A stretch of DNA of 64,000 bases, taken from NCBI GenBank assembly GCA_024695665.1, contig JAILHT010000003.1:10870-74869 (forward strand). The letters run 5' to 3'. Of this stretch, positions 8,528-16,025 are shown one piece after another. A model generated the notes under the pieces. It worked only from the letters and a program-made list of their open reading frames with translations, was not told the DNA's origin and searched no databases. A program made the translations under genes and the position numbers. The DNA is from Lachnospiraceae bacterium (GTDB lineage: Bacteria; Bacillota; Clostridia; Lachnospirales; Lachnospiraceae). Within the stretch, counting starts at the first letter, position 1. Each line of letters begins with the position of its first letter.

Positions 8528-10291
8528 TCAGTCATCTGTTTTTGGCATATCAATTTTGATATGAACATCTGCGAGCTGTTTTGGATCAACCGTTGCAGGT
8601 GCTCCCATCATAATATCCTGTGCATTCTTATTCATAGGGAACGGAATTATCTCCCTGATACTCTCTTCTCCGGCTATGAGCATAACCATTCTATCAACTC
8701 CCGGTGCAATTCCTGCATGTGGCGGTGCACCGTAGCAGAACGCATTGTACATTGCAGGGAATTTTGCCTTAACATCATCTTCTTTAAGACCTACAATCTC
8801 AAAAGCTCTCACCATGATTTCAGGATCATGATTTCTAACAGCTCCTGAAGAAAGCTCAACACCGTTACATACAAGATCGTACTGGTATGCAAGTATGCTT
8901 AATGGATCGTCTTCATTCAATGCCTTCATTCCACCCTGCGGCATTGAGAAAGGATTGTGACAAAATTCGAGTTCGCCTGACTCTTCTCCAATCTCATACA
9001 TAGGGAAGTCAACTATCCAACAGAACTCAAAGCATTCCTTCTTCATATATCCTTCAAAAGTGTTTCCTATAAGTTTTCTTATAACACCTGAAGTCTTCTG
9101 CGCCGTTCTCAAATCTCCGGCACAAAGGCATACAAAATCATTGTTCTTAAGATTGAGCGCCTTTACGACAGCTTCCTTTCTGTCCTGAACAAACTTTGCA
9201 ATTCCTCCGACTATCTCTCCGTTTTCATCAAGTCTGAACCAATATGCCTTCTGTCCGCTTGTAACCTCAACCTCGGCGCACATCTTGTCAATCTGTTTTC
9301 TTGTTCCCTTGAAGTCTCCGGCAACAACCGCCTTAACCTTGTTTCCTTCAAAAGGTCCGAATCCGCAATCGGATAATACATCTGTCGCATCGCTTACCAA
9401 GAGATTGATTCTAAGGTCCGGTTTGTCCGTACCATATTTATCCATTGCCTCAAGATATGGTATTCTCTTGAAAGGTGGCTTTGATGCCTCCTTATATACT
9501 CCGTATTTTGCAAATACCGGTGGAAGGACATCTTCAAATATTTCAAATACATCCTCCTGGTTTGCAAATGCCATCTCCATATCAAGCTGGTAAAACTCTC
9601 CCGGAGATCTGTCTGCTCTCGCATCCTCGTCTCTGAAACATGGCGCTATCTGGAAATATCTGTCAAATCCCGAAGCCATCAAAAGCTGTTTGAACTGCTG
9701 TGGTGCCTGTGGAAGCGCATAGAATTTTCCCGGATGATTTCTTGCAGGTACAAGATAATCTCTCGCGCCCTCAGGTGATGAACAAGTGAGTATCGGTGTG
9801 GTTATCTCCATGAAGTCATGAGCTATCATTGCTGCTCTCAAATCGGCAACAACCTTGCTTCTGAGTACCATACGTGATTTTACCTCAGGATTTCTGAGAT
9901 CGAGATATCTGTACTTGAGACGTGTATTCTCGTCTGCTTCCTTAGATCTGTTAATCTGGAACGGAAGCTCGTTGTATCTGCATTTTCCGAGAACATTGAG
10001 TTCGCTCGGAACAACTTCTATCTCACCTGTTGCGATATCGTTGTTCTTTGAACTTCTCTCTCTTACAACACCTTTTACTTCAAGTGTCGACTCATAGTTT
10101 ATCCCGGACAACTGCTCCATCATATCCTCAGTCTCAACCACAACCTGGGTTGTTCCGTAGAAATCTCTGAGGATCATGAAACCTAAATTTTTACTTACCT
10201 TTCTCAGATTCTCGTACCAGCCAACTAAAGTTACTTCTTTTCCTGCGTCTGCGAGTCTGAGTTCATTACAATTATGGGTTCTTCCTTGCAT
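8528..10291 (-). CDS. aspS: aspartate--tRNA ligase (bacterial type)
   Basis: 587 aa. N-terminal OB fold (RTHNCNELR...VTLVGW), class II motifs (FRDEDARADR, GGMKAL...), C-terminal GIAPGVDRMVM. Confidence 0.95.
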   Translation of the reverse strand: MQGRTHNCNELRLADAGKEVTLVGWYENLRKVSKNLGFMILRDFYGTTQVVVETEDMMEQLSGINYESTLEVKGVVRERSSKNNDIATGEIEVVPSELNVLGKCRYNELPFQINRSKEADENTRLKYRYLDLRNPEVKSRMVLRSKVVADLRAAMIAHDFMEITTPILTCSSPEGARDYLVPARNHPGKFYALPQAPQQFKQLLMASGFDRYFQIAPCFRDEDARADRSPGEFYQLDMEMAFANQEDVFEIFEDVLPPVFAKYGVYKEASKPPFKRIPYLEAMDKYGTDKPDLRINLLVSDATDVLSDCGFGPFEGNKVKAVVAGDFKGTRKQIDKMCAEVEVTSGQKAYWFRLDENGEIVGGIAKFVQDRKEAVVKALNLKNNDFVCLCAGDLRTAQKTSGVIRKLIGNTFEGYMKKECFEFCWIVDFPMYEIGEESGELEFCHNPFSMPQGGMKALNEDDPLSILAYQYDLVCNGVELSSGAVRNHDPEIMVRAFEIVGLKEDDVKAKFPAMYNAFCYGAPPHAGIAPGVDRMVMLIAGEESIREIIPFPMNKNAQDIMMGAPATVDPKQLADVHIKIDMPKTDD

Positions 10292-10331
10292 TTTTATAAA
10301 CCTCGAATCTTAATTAGAATTAACCTCATAA

Positions 10332-10360
10332 AATATACTAAAATCGGGCGCATATTTCAA
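10332..10360 (-). promoter_or_regulatory. sigma-A-type promoter for aspS-nrdG
   Basis: Minus strand reads TTGAAA (10360-10355), a 17-nt spacer, then TATATT (10337-10332), about 40 nt upstream of the aspS ATG. No T-box-like leader fits in the 150-bp gap. Confidence 0.5.
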
Positions 10361-10364
10361 GGCT

Positions 10365-10400
10365 AAAAAAGCCGAATAGGAGTTTTGTCTCCTTTTCGGC
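10365..10400 (-). terminator. rho-independent terminator of the flagellin-like gene
   Basis: Stem GCCGAA..GGAG / CTCC..TTCGGC followed on the minus strand by UUUUUU (A run 10365-10370 on plus). Confidence 0.7.
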
Positions 10401-10441
10401 CCTAAATAATACATGAATCCGTATGTATAAGATTATGTGTG

Positions 10442-11212
10442 TTAAATTAACATTGAAAAAGTTTTTCTTGCCTTTTCCTCTTCGTCTTTCTGCTCTTGTC
10501 TCTGCTGCATAAGGGAATATGCCATAAGAACTTCCTGCTTCTTCCTCTCCTCCACAGCCTGAGGATAATCCAAATCCTCAATCTGAGAGATTGCCGCTGT
10601 CGAATAATACGCCGAAGAACTATTTACATTCATTGCATATTCAAGTGCATTGTACTGAGCTCCCATAGAGGCTCTGCTGCTTGTTACCATCTCAAGCGCA
10701 TCATCTATCGTAGATATATCAAAATCTCCTGTAACATCAAAATCTGCTATGCCAAGAGCTTCCAAAGTAGCATCTGCGGTTGAAACGGTTGTTGTAGAAC
10801 CTTCCGCATCGGTTGCAATCTCGTAATCCGTATCTGTTCCGTCAAGCAATGTGTGAGTATTGTAGGTGGTCTGAGATGCCACATCTGCTATGCCCTGCTT
10901 GAGCTGATCTATCTCATCCTGTATAGCCTGAAGATCGGAATCACTGAGCAGTGCAGAATTTGATGCCTGAAGTGCAAGCTCTCTGATTCTCTGAAGATAC
11001 TCTGTTATTGAAGCTGCCGCAGAATCCGAAATATTAAGCATATCCTGCGCTGAAGCCATATTGTCCGTTCCGACATTTAGACCGTTTACATATGCGTTTT
11101 CTTCTTCTACGATTGAAAGTCCTGCAGCATCATCCGCTGCCGAATTGATACGACTTCCGCTTGCTAAAGATGCGTAACTTCCGTATGAACTTATGCTCGA
11201 TATTCCACTCAT
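10442..11212 (-). CDS. short flagellin-like protein with conserved D1 segments and shortened/divergent D0 termini
   Basis: 256 aa. SRINSAADDAAGLSI, LQRIRELALQASN and DEIDQLKQGI match the flagellin N-domain. SSRASMGAQYNALEYA matches the C-domain. The N-terminus is ~15-20 aa shorter than usual flagellins, and the C-terminal helix is highly charged (QQRQEQKDEEEKARK). Confidence 0.75.
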   Translation of the reverse strand: MSGISSISSYGSYASLASGSRINSAADDAAGLSIVEEENAYVNGLNVGTDNMASAQDMLNISDSAAASITEYLQRIRELALQASNSALLSDSDLQAIQDEIDQLKQGIADVASQTTYNTHTLLDGTDTDYEIATDAEGSTTTVSTADATLEALGIADFDVTGDFDISTIDDALEMVTSSRASMGAQYNALEYAMNVNSSSAYYSTAAISQIEDLDYPQAVEERKKQEVLMAYSLMQQRQEQKDEEEKARKTFSMLI

Positions 11213-11255
11213 AATAATCCTTTCTTAATTGTTGCAGACTATAACCATGATAGGT

Positions 11256-11287
11256 AAAAAAGGAAGCATCTCTGCCGTGATGCTCCC
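11256..11287 (-). terminator. intrinsic terminator acting as the riboswitch expression platform
   Basis: Minus strand reads GGGAGCAUC-ACGGCAGA-GAUGCUUCC-UUUUUU: a 9-bp stem with one G-U pair plus U6. It lies 18 nt after the aptamer and 43 nt before the flagellin-like ATG. Confidence 0.75.
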
Positions 11288-11305
11288 TTACAATTCTTGT
11301 CTAAA

Positions 11306-11369
11306 CTGCAACTGGCTGCCATCATCAGGCCCTATAGCTTTGCGTCACAAGCTTTCGCTTGCTTTGCCG
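11306..11369 (-). promoter_or_regulatory. c-di-GMP-I (GEMM-I) riboswitch aptamer
   Basis: Minus strand reads CGGCAAAGCAAGCGAAAGCUUGUGACGCAAAGCUAUAGGGCCUGAUGAUGGCAGCCAGUUGCAG. It shows P1 CGGCAA/UUGCAG, a hairpin capped by a GAAA tetraloop, the hallmark GACGCAAAGC junction, and a second helix ending AGCCAGUUGC. The order and spacing match Vc2 (GGCAAACC..GAAA..GGGACGCAAAGCC..). Confidence 0.8.
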
Positions 11370-11390
11370 ATTAACATTTATTTCTCCTTT

Positions 11391-11419
11391 AAAATATAAT
11401 GCAAATCCCTATAAGTCAA
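11391..11419 (-). promoter_or_regulatory. sigma-A-type promoter of the riboswitch/flagellin-like unit
   Basis: Minus strand reads TTGACT (11419-11414), a 15-17 nt spacer, then a TATATT/TATTTT block (11398-11391). No sigma-28 (TAAA-N15-GCCGATAA) motif appears in this orientation. Confidence 0.5.
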
Positions 11420-11494
11420 GCCAGTTCGCAGAATTTTCACAATTTCGTTATTAGTCTTTTTCAAAATCGTCTTCCCAGACCGATAAAAACGCTT

Positions 11495-13702
11495 TTACAA
11501 ATGAAGTACTCTATCCTGTATCTCCTGCGTTCTTCCTTGGTTCCAGAACTGTGTTCCTATGTAACCACAGGTTCTTCTGGCAACATTCATCTTGTTCTCA
11601 TCTCTGTTTTTGCAATTCGGACACTCCCAAATCAGTTTTCCGTGGTCATCCTTTACAATAGTTATCTCTCCGTCATATCCGCAGACCTGACAGTAATCAC
11701 TCTTTGTATTGAGTTCGGCATACATAATATTGTCATAGATGAACTGCATAACAGAAAGAACGGCGTCTATATTGTCCTTCATGTCCGGTACTTCTATATA
11801 ACTGATAGCTCCTCCCGGGGAAAGCTTCTGGAACTGTGACTCAAAAGCAAGCTTCTCAAAAGCGTCTATCTCCTCGGTGACATGTACATGATAACTGTTT
11901 GTTATATAATTCTTGTCTGTGACATGAGGAATAACACCAAATCTCTTCTGAAGTGACTTTGCAAATTTGTATGTTGTAGACTCAAGCGGCGTTCCATACA
12001 CACTGAAATCTATATCTGTATCTGCTTTCCACTTTGCACATGCATCATTTAATTTCTGCATTACTGCGAGAGCAAACTCAGTTCCCTCCTTCTCTGTATG
12101 AGACTTTCCTGTCATATAATATGTACATTCCGAAAGGCCTGCGTATCCGAGAGATATTGTCGAATATCCACCAAATAAAAGCTTGTCGATAGTCTCTCCC
12201 TTTTTGAGTCTGGCTAGTGCTCCGTACTGCCAAAGTATAGGAGCAACATCTGAAGGAGTTCCCATAAGTCTGTTGTGTCTTGCCATCAACGCTCTGTAGC
12301 AAAGATCCAGCCTCTCATCAAATATCTTCCAGAACTCTTTTTCATCTTTTCGTGAACTGCATGCTATATCCACAAGGTTCAATGTGACAACACCCTGGTT
12401 GAATCTTCCGTAATATTTTCCTTTGTTCGGATCCCAATTCAGCGCTCCTGCAAGGTTCTCGGTTGTACGATCCGGTGTGAGGAACGAACGACATCCCATA
12501 CAAGCGTATACTGTACCCTTTCCGGTCTTGTCTACCTTAAGTTCCTTCATGACCTTCTCTGAGATATAGTCCGGAACCATTCTCTTTGCAGTGCATTTTG
12601 CGGCAAGTTTTGTGAGTTCCCAATACTCGCTTCCCTCTGTGATATTGTCCTCCTCGAGAACATATATAAGCTTAGGGAATGCAGGTGTTATATAAACACC
12701 GGCCTCGTTCTTTACACCTTTTATTCTCTGATGAAGAACTTCCTCTATAACCATTGCAAGATCTTTCCTTGTCTGTGGATCCTCAGCCTCGTTGAGATAC
12801 ATGAAAACAGTTACGAAAGGAGCCTGTCCGTTTGTTGTCATAAGTGTTATAACCTGGTACTGAATCATCTGTACGCCGCGGTTTATCTCATCTCTTACTC
12901 TCTCCTCGGCAATCTCGTTTATCTGCTCCTCGGTGAGAGTGATTCCGGCTTCCTCGTGCTCCTCCTTTACCTCTCTTCTGAATTTGTGTCTGCTGACATC
13001 AACAAATGGTGCGAGATCGGCAAGTGAAATACTCTGTCCTCCGTACTGTGAGCTGGCTATCTGAGCAATAATCTGTGTGGCAATATTGCAGGCTGTCGAG
13101 AAGCTGTGCGGTCTCTCAATCATAGTTCCGCTTATTACCGTACCGTTTTCAAGCATATCGGAAAGATTTACAAGACAACAGTTGTGCATATGCTGAGCAT
13201 AATAATCCGAATCATGAAAATGTATGATTCCCTGCTCATGTGCCTCAACAATATCCGGTGGCAACAAAAATCTCTTGGTGATATCTTTGCTGACCTCTCC
13301 GGCCATATAATCTCTCTGTACACTGTTTACAGTCGGATTCTTGTTCGAATTCTCCTGTTTTACTTCCTCATTATCAAACTCAAGAAGGCTTAATATCTGC
13401 TGATCTGTAGAATTTGCCTTACGTAGAAGTTCATGTTTATATCTGTATGTTATATATTTTCTGGCAACGGCATAAGCCTGCTGTCTCATTATCTCATTCT
13501 CAACCATATCCTGGATTTCTTCCACGTTCATGGCTCTGTGCATATGACTGCATATATCATGTATATTATCAAGAATCTCTTTTATCTGAGCTTCACTGAG
13601 TCGTTCTGTAGCAACAACCGTATCGTTGGCTTTTTCAATGGCGCTCTTGATTTTTCCCAAATCGTAATCAACTTCCGCACCGCTTCGCTTTATAATCTTC
13701 AT
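11495..13702 (-). CDS. nrdD: anaerobic ribonucleoside-triphosphate reductase (class III)
   Basis: ATP-cone N-terminus (MKIIKRSGAEVDYDLGKIKSAIEKA), C-terminal Zn-ribbon CQVCGY...CPNCKN and glycyl-radical motif RRTCGYIG. I place the start at ATG 13702 (GGGAAAGG RBS). The track start at 13765 lies inside the promoter/NrdR boxes. Confidence 0.93.
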   Translation of the reverse strand: MKIIKRSGAEVDYDLGKIKSAIEKANDTVVATERLSEAQIKEILDNIHDICSHMHRAMNVEEIQDMVENEIMRQQAYAVARKYITYRYKHELLRKANSTDQQILSLLEFDNEEVKQENSNKNPTVNSVQRDYMAGEVSKDITKRFLLPPDIVEAHEQGIIHFHDSDYYAQHMHNCCLVNLSDMLENGTVISGTMIERPHSFSTACNIATQIIAQIASSQYGGQSISLADLAPFVDVSRHKFRREVKEEHEEAGITLTEEQINEIAEERVRDEINRGVQMIQYQVITLMTTNGQAPFVTVFMYLNEAEDPQTRKDLAMVIEEVLHQRIKGVKNEAGVYITPAFPKLIYVLEEDNITEGSEYWELTKLAAKCTAKRMVPDYISEKVMKELKVDKTGKGTVYACMGCRSFLTPDRTTENLAGALNWDPNKGKYYGRFNQGVVTLNLVDIACSSRKDEKEFWKIFDERLDLCYRALMARHNRLMGTPSDVAPILWQYGALARLKKGETIDKLLFGGYSTISLGYAGLSECTYYMTGKSHTEKEGTEFALAVMQKLNDACAKWKADTDIDFSVYGTPLESTTYKFAKSLQKRFGVIPHVTDKNYITNSYHVHVTEEIDAFEKLAFESQFQKLSPGGAISYIEVPDMKDNIDAVLSVMQFIYDNIMYAELNTKSDYCQVCGYDGEITIVKDDHGKLIWECPNCKNRDENKMNVARRTCGYIGTQFWNQGRTQEIQDRVLHL

Positions 13703-13753
13703 AATACTTAAACCTTTCCCTAAAAGACTCTCTTTATTATTTCCACGAAAGAT

Positions 13754-13804
13754 ATAATACCACATATAGTATGTATGGTCAATCTTAAAAACTAGATATG
13801 GTAC
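13754..13804 (-). promoter_or_regulatory. nrdD promoter overlapped by two tandem NrdR boxes
   Basis: Minus strand reads TTGACC (13782-13777), 17 nt, TATTAT (13759-13754). Box B ATACTATATGTGGTAT (13772-13757) matches 12/16 positions of acaCwAtATaTwGtgt. Box A GTACCATATCTAGTTT (13804-13789) matches about 10/16. Box centres are 32 bp apart, the classic NrdR tandem spacing. Confidence 0.6.
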
Positions 13805-13805
13805 A

Positions 13806-15008
13806 TTATTTGGTATATTTTGTATTTAGGCCCAATATTTCTCCTATAAAATACAAAGATCCGAACACAATCGTATCCTCTGTTATCCCATTTAAGATAC
13901 TCTCTATCGGCTCGTTGGATGCAGTTGCATTCATTCCGAGCTTTCTGCACAATGACGCAATATTCTCAGCGGATTCCGCTCTGCCGTAATCGACTGTGAC
14001 TGCAGTGAGTCTCTTTACACACGGCTTTATAATCTCAAGCATCTTCTCATAATCTTTGTCCGCCATGACTCCCATAACAAAATCGAACTTTCTTTCTCCG
14101 AATTTTTTTGTCAGCGTCTCTTTGAGCGCATCGACGCCGTCGGAATTGTGTGCTCCGTCTATAAGTATAAGCGGGTTCTTCGAAAGTAGCTGCATTCTTC
14201 CCGGCCAGAAAGCTTTCTTTAAACCTTCTTTGATATCCTCATCGCTTATAGGATAACCTTTTGTATTCAAATACTTGGCACAAGCTACGGCGCATCCCGC
14301 ATTCCTTTTTTGGAATTCTCCAAACAAAGATAAATCAAGCTCTGTCGCTTTCGCCACTTCAAGTGGTATATCTCTTTTTAAGGCTTCCTTCCTTATGACA
14401 GACATTGCTTCCGGAGTTTGTTCCTCCGTGACGAGGTATGTTCCTTTTTTCAATATTCCGCATTTTTCATATGCTATCTCACTCAATGTATTGCCAAGTA
14501 TAGCCATATGGTCGTATCCGATATGAGTTATAATGCTTACAATCGGTGTCTGTATAATATTTGTGGAGTCAAGCCTCCCTCCTAGTCCGGTCTCCAAGAT
14601 GACTAGCTTTACGCCTTGCTCCTTGAACCATATCAGAGCCATCATGAGACAATAATCAAACATCGTGGGATATACATTTTCGCCGAAATCCATCTCAAGG
14701 AGCATATTGCCGATTCTTGTTACATCATCTTCGGGGATATATTCATCGCCTATACGTATCCTCTCCCTGAAACTTACAAGATGAGGACTTGTAAAAAGGC
14801 CTGTCCTCACTTCTGTATTTTTTAATATTTCACATAAAAAAGCTGCAGTGCTTCCCTTGCCGTTTGTGCCTGCTATATGTACAAACTCTAACGACCTCTC
14901 AGGATTTCCCACTGCAGCTGACATTATTTTGCTAACCTCTGCCCCGGGAAGTTCTCCGAATCTCCTCTTCCCCTGTATGGCATCGATAACCTCATTGTAT
15001 GACAACAT
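13806..15008 (-). CDS. folC: folylpolyglutamate synthase / dihydrofolate synthase (Mur-ligase fold), paralogue 1
   Basis: 400 aa. P-loop HIAGTNGKGST, TSPHLVSFRERI, LETGLGGRLDSTN. Confidence 0.88.
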   Translation of the reverse strand: MLSYNEVIDAIQGKRRFGELPGAEVSKIMSAAVGNPERSLEFVHIAGTNGKGSTAAFLCEILKNTEVRTGLFTSPHLVSFRERIRIGDEYIPEDDVTRIGNMLLEMDFGENVYPTMFDYCLMMALIWFKEQGVKLVILETGLGGRLDSTNIIQTPIVSIITHIGYDHMAILGNTLSEIAYEKCGILKKGTYLVTEEQTPEAMSVIRKEALKRDIPLEVAKATELDLSLFGEFQKRNAGCAVACAKYLNTKGYPISDEDIKEGLKKAFWPGRMQLLSKNPLILIDGAHNSDGVDALKETLTKKFGERKFDFVMGVMADKDYEKMLEIIKPCVKRLTAVTVDYGRAESAENIASLCRKLGMNATASNEPIESILNGITEDTIVFGSLYFIGEILGLNTKYTK

Positions 15009-15077
15009 TTATATGCACCTCTTTATCGCAGTAGTTCATACCACACAATAAACGATAAAAGGTAAAACATCAAGCAT

Positions 15078-15914
15078 TTATACGGCTACTATAACTCCAC
15101 CGTCACTTGCATACATACTGCTCACACCCTGTGTATCAAGTATGATGATGTCTTTGAATTTACAATACTTTTCAATCTCATTCTTTACAACAAGTGCCTT
15201 TTCAGGCGCATTGCAATGTGCGATTGCGAGAATCTTGTTCTCGGTATTCACCGTGGCCTTATTCACTTCTTCGGCCATCTTTTTTAAAGCTTTTGCCATT
15301 CCCCTGCTCTGTCCGAGCTGTTGAATATTTCCTTCGTCCGTGGAACCCATTACAGGTTTTATATTCAAAGCTCCTGCAACGAACGCTTTCAAATGGCTCA
15401 ATCTTCCGTTCTTTCTTAAGGTTTCAAGGGTCTCAAGCACGAAAAAAGTGTGCATCTCTGCTATATAATCCTCGACGGTCTTTACAACTTCATCGAAATC
15501 CATCCCGGCATCCTCGCACTCTTTTATCTTAACAGCAATAAGTGTCTGTCCTATCGAAGCCGATTTTGAGTTGAATACATAGATTTTTTTGTCATCATGT
15601 TTCTCCTCATACATATGCTTCGCAACCATTGCACTGTTGTATGATCCCGAAAGAATTGCGGAAAGTGTAATCATGTATATTCTGTCAGCGTCATCTTCAA
15701 ATCTGTTAAGATATGCCTCAGGTGAAGGACAGCTTGACTTTGGTCCTACCGGGCTCTCTTTTACTTTTCTTAAAAACTCTGCCTGATTGAATGTCTCATC
15801 ATCGATTATATGCTCACCATTTACTTCGAGTGTGAGCGGAACATTTTCAAAACGTGGATCGTCCTTCAATTCTTTTGTGAATTCTCCACAGCTGTCAACT
15901 AGTATTTTAAACAT
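15078..15914 (-). CDS. degV: DegV-family fatty-acid-binding protein
   Basis: 278 aa. MFKILVDSCGEF N-terminus, SSCPSPEAY, and overall DegV/EDD-fold length and pattern. Confidence 0.85.
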   Translation of the reverse strand: MFKILVDSCGEFTKELKDDPRFENVPLTLEVNGEHIIDDETFNQAEFLRKVKESPVGPKSSCPSPEAYLNRFEDDADRIYMITLSAILSGSYNSAMVAKHMYEEKHDDKKIYVFNSKSASIGQTLIAVKIKECEDAGMDFDEVVKTVEDYIAEMHTFFVLETLETLRKNGRLSHLKAFVAGALNIKPVMGSTDEGNIQQLGQSRGMAKALKKMAEEVNKATVNTENKILAIAHCNAPEKALVVKNEIEKYCKFKDIIILDTQGVSSMYASDGGVIVAV

Positions 15915-15930
15915 AATAATTTTCCTCTCT

Positions 15931-15961
15931 ATTACATGTAGTTTTGAAAACTACATGTAAT
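15931..15961. promoter_or_regulatory. perfect 31-bp palindrome (candidate operator or 5' stem-loop) at the degV promoter
   Basis: ATTACATGTAGTTTT-G-AAAACTACATGTAAT has 15-bp perfect arms. It abuts and overlaps a candidate -10 (TACATT, 15964-15959; -35 TTTACA 15987-82, 17-nt spacer) and ends just before the degV RBS (AGAGAGGAAA). Confidence 0.55.
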
Positions 15962-16025
15962 GTATCATGCTTACCGCATTTTGTAAATATGAAAACTATT
16001 ATTTTTTAAAATATTTATTCTTTTT

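Noticed and set aside
10292-10441. I looked for a T-box leader upstream of aspS, and likewise upstream of proA at 50488-50537 and for SAM or T-box elements upstream of metY at 29333-29369.
   Set aside because: The gaps are too short (150, 50 and 37 bp). They contain only a terminator plus promoter (aspS) or nothing structured. No specifier loop or T-box sequence was seen.
11366-11374. GCCGATTAA on the plus strand, resembling the -10 element of sigma-28/SigD promoters (GCCGATAA).
   Set aside because: It has the wrong orientation for the flagellin-like gene and no TAAA element 15 nt upstream. It is simply the reverse complement of the riboswitch P1/GGCAAA region.
11345-11377. A 10-codon mini-ORF (MLIGKASESL*) with a good AAAGGAG Shine-Dalgarno at the 5' end of the flagellin-like leader, which could be a leader peptide.
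   Set aside because: It overlaps the GEMM-I aptamer core (GGCAAA...GAAA...GACGC), which explains the sequence better. It is too short to support as coding without ribosome-profiling evidence.
13703-13765. A 21-aa N-terminal extension of NrdD (MWYYIFRGNNKESLLGKGLSI) in the ORF track.
   Set aside because: The ATG at 13765 lies inside NrdR box B and between the -35 and -10 elements. It has no RBS, whereas the internal ATG at 13702 has one and begins the conserved ATP-cone.
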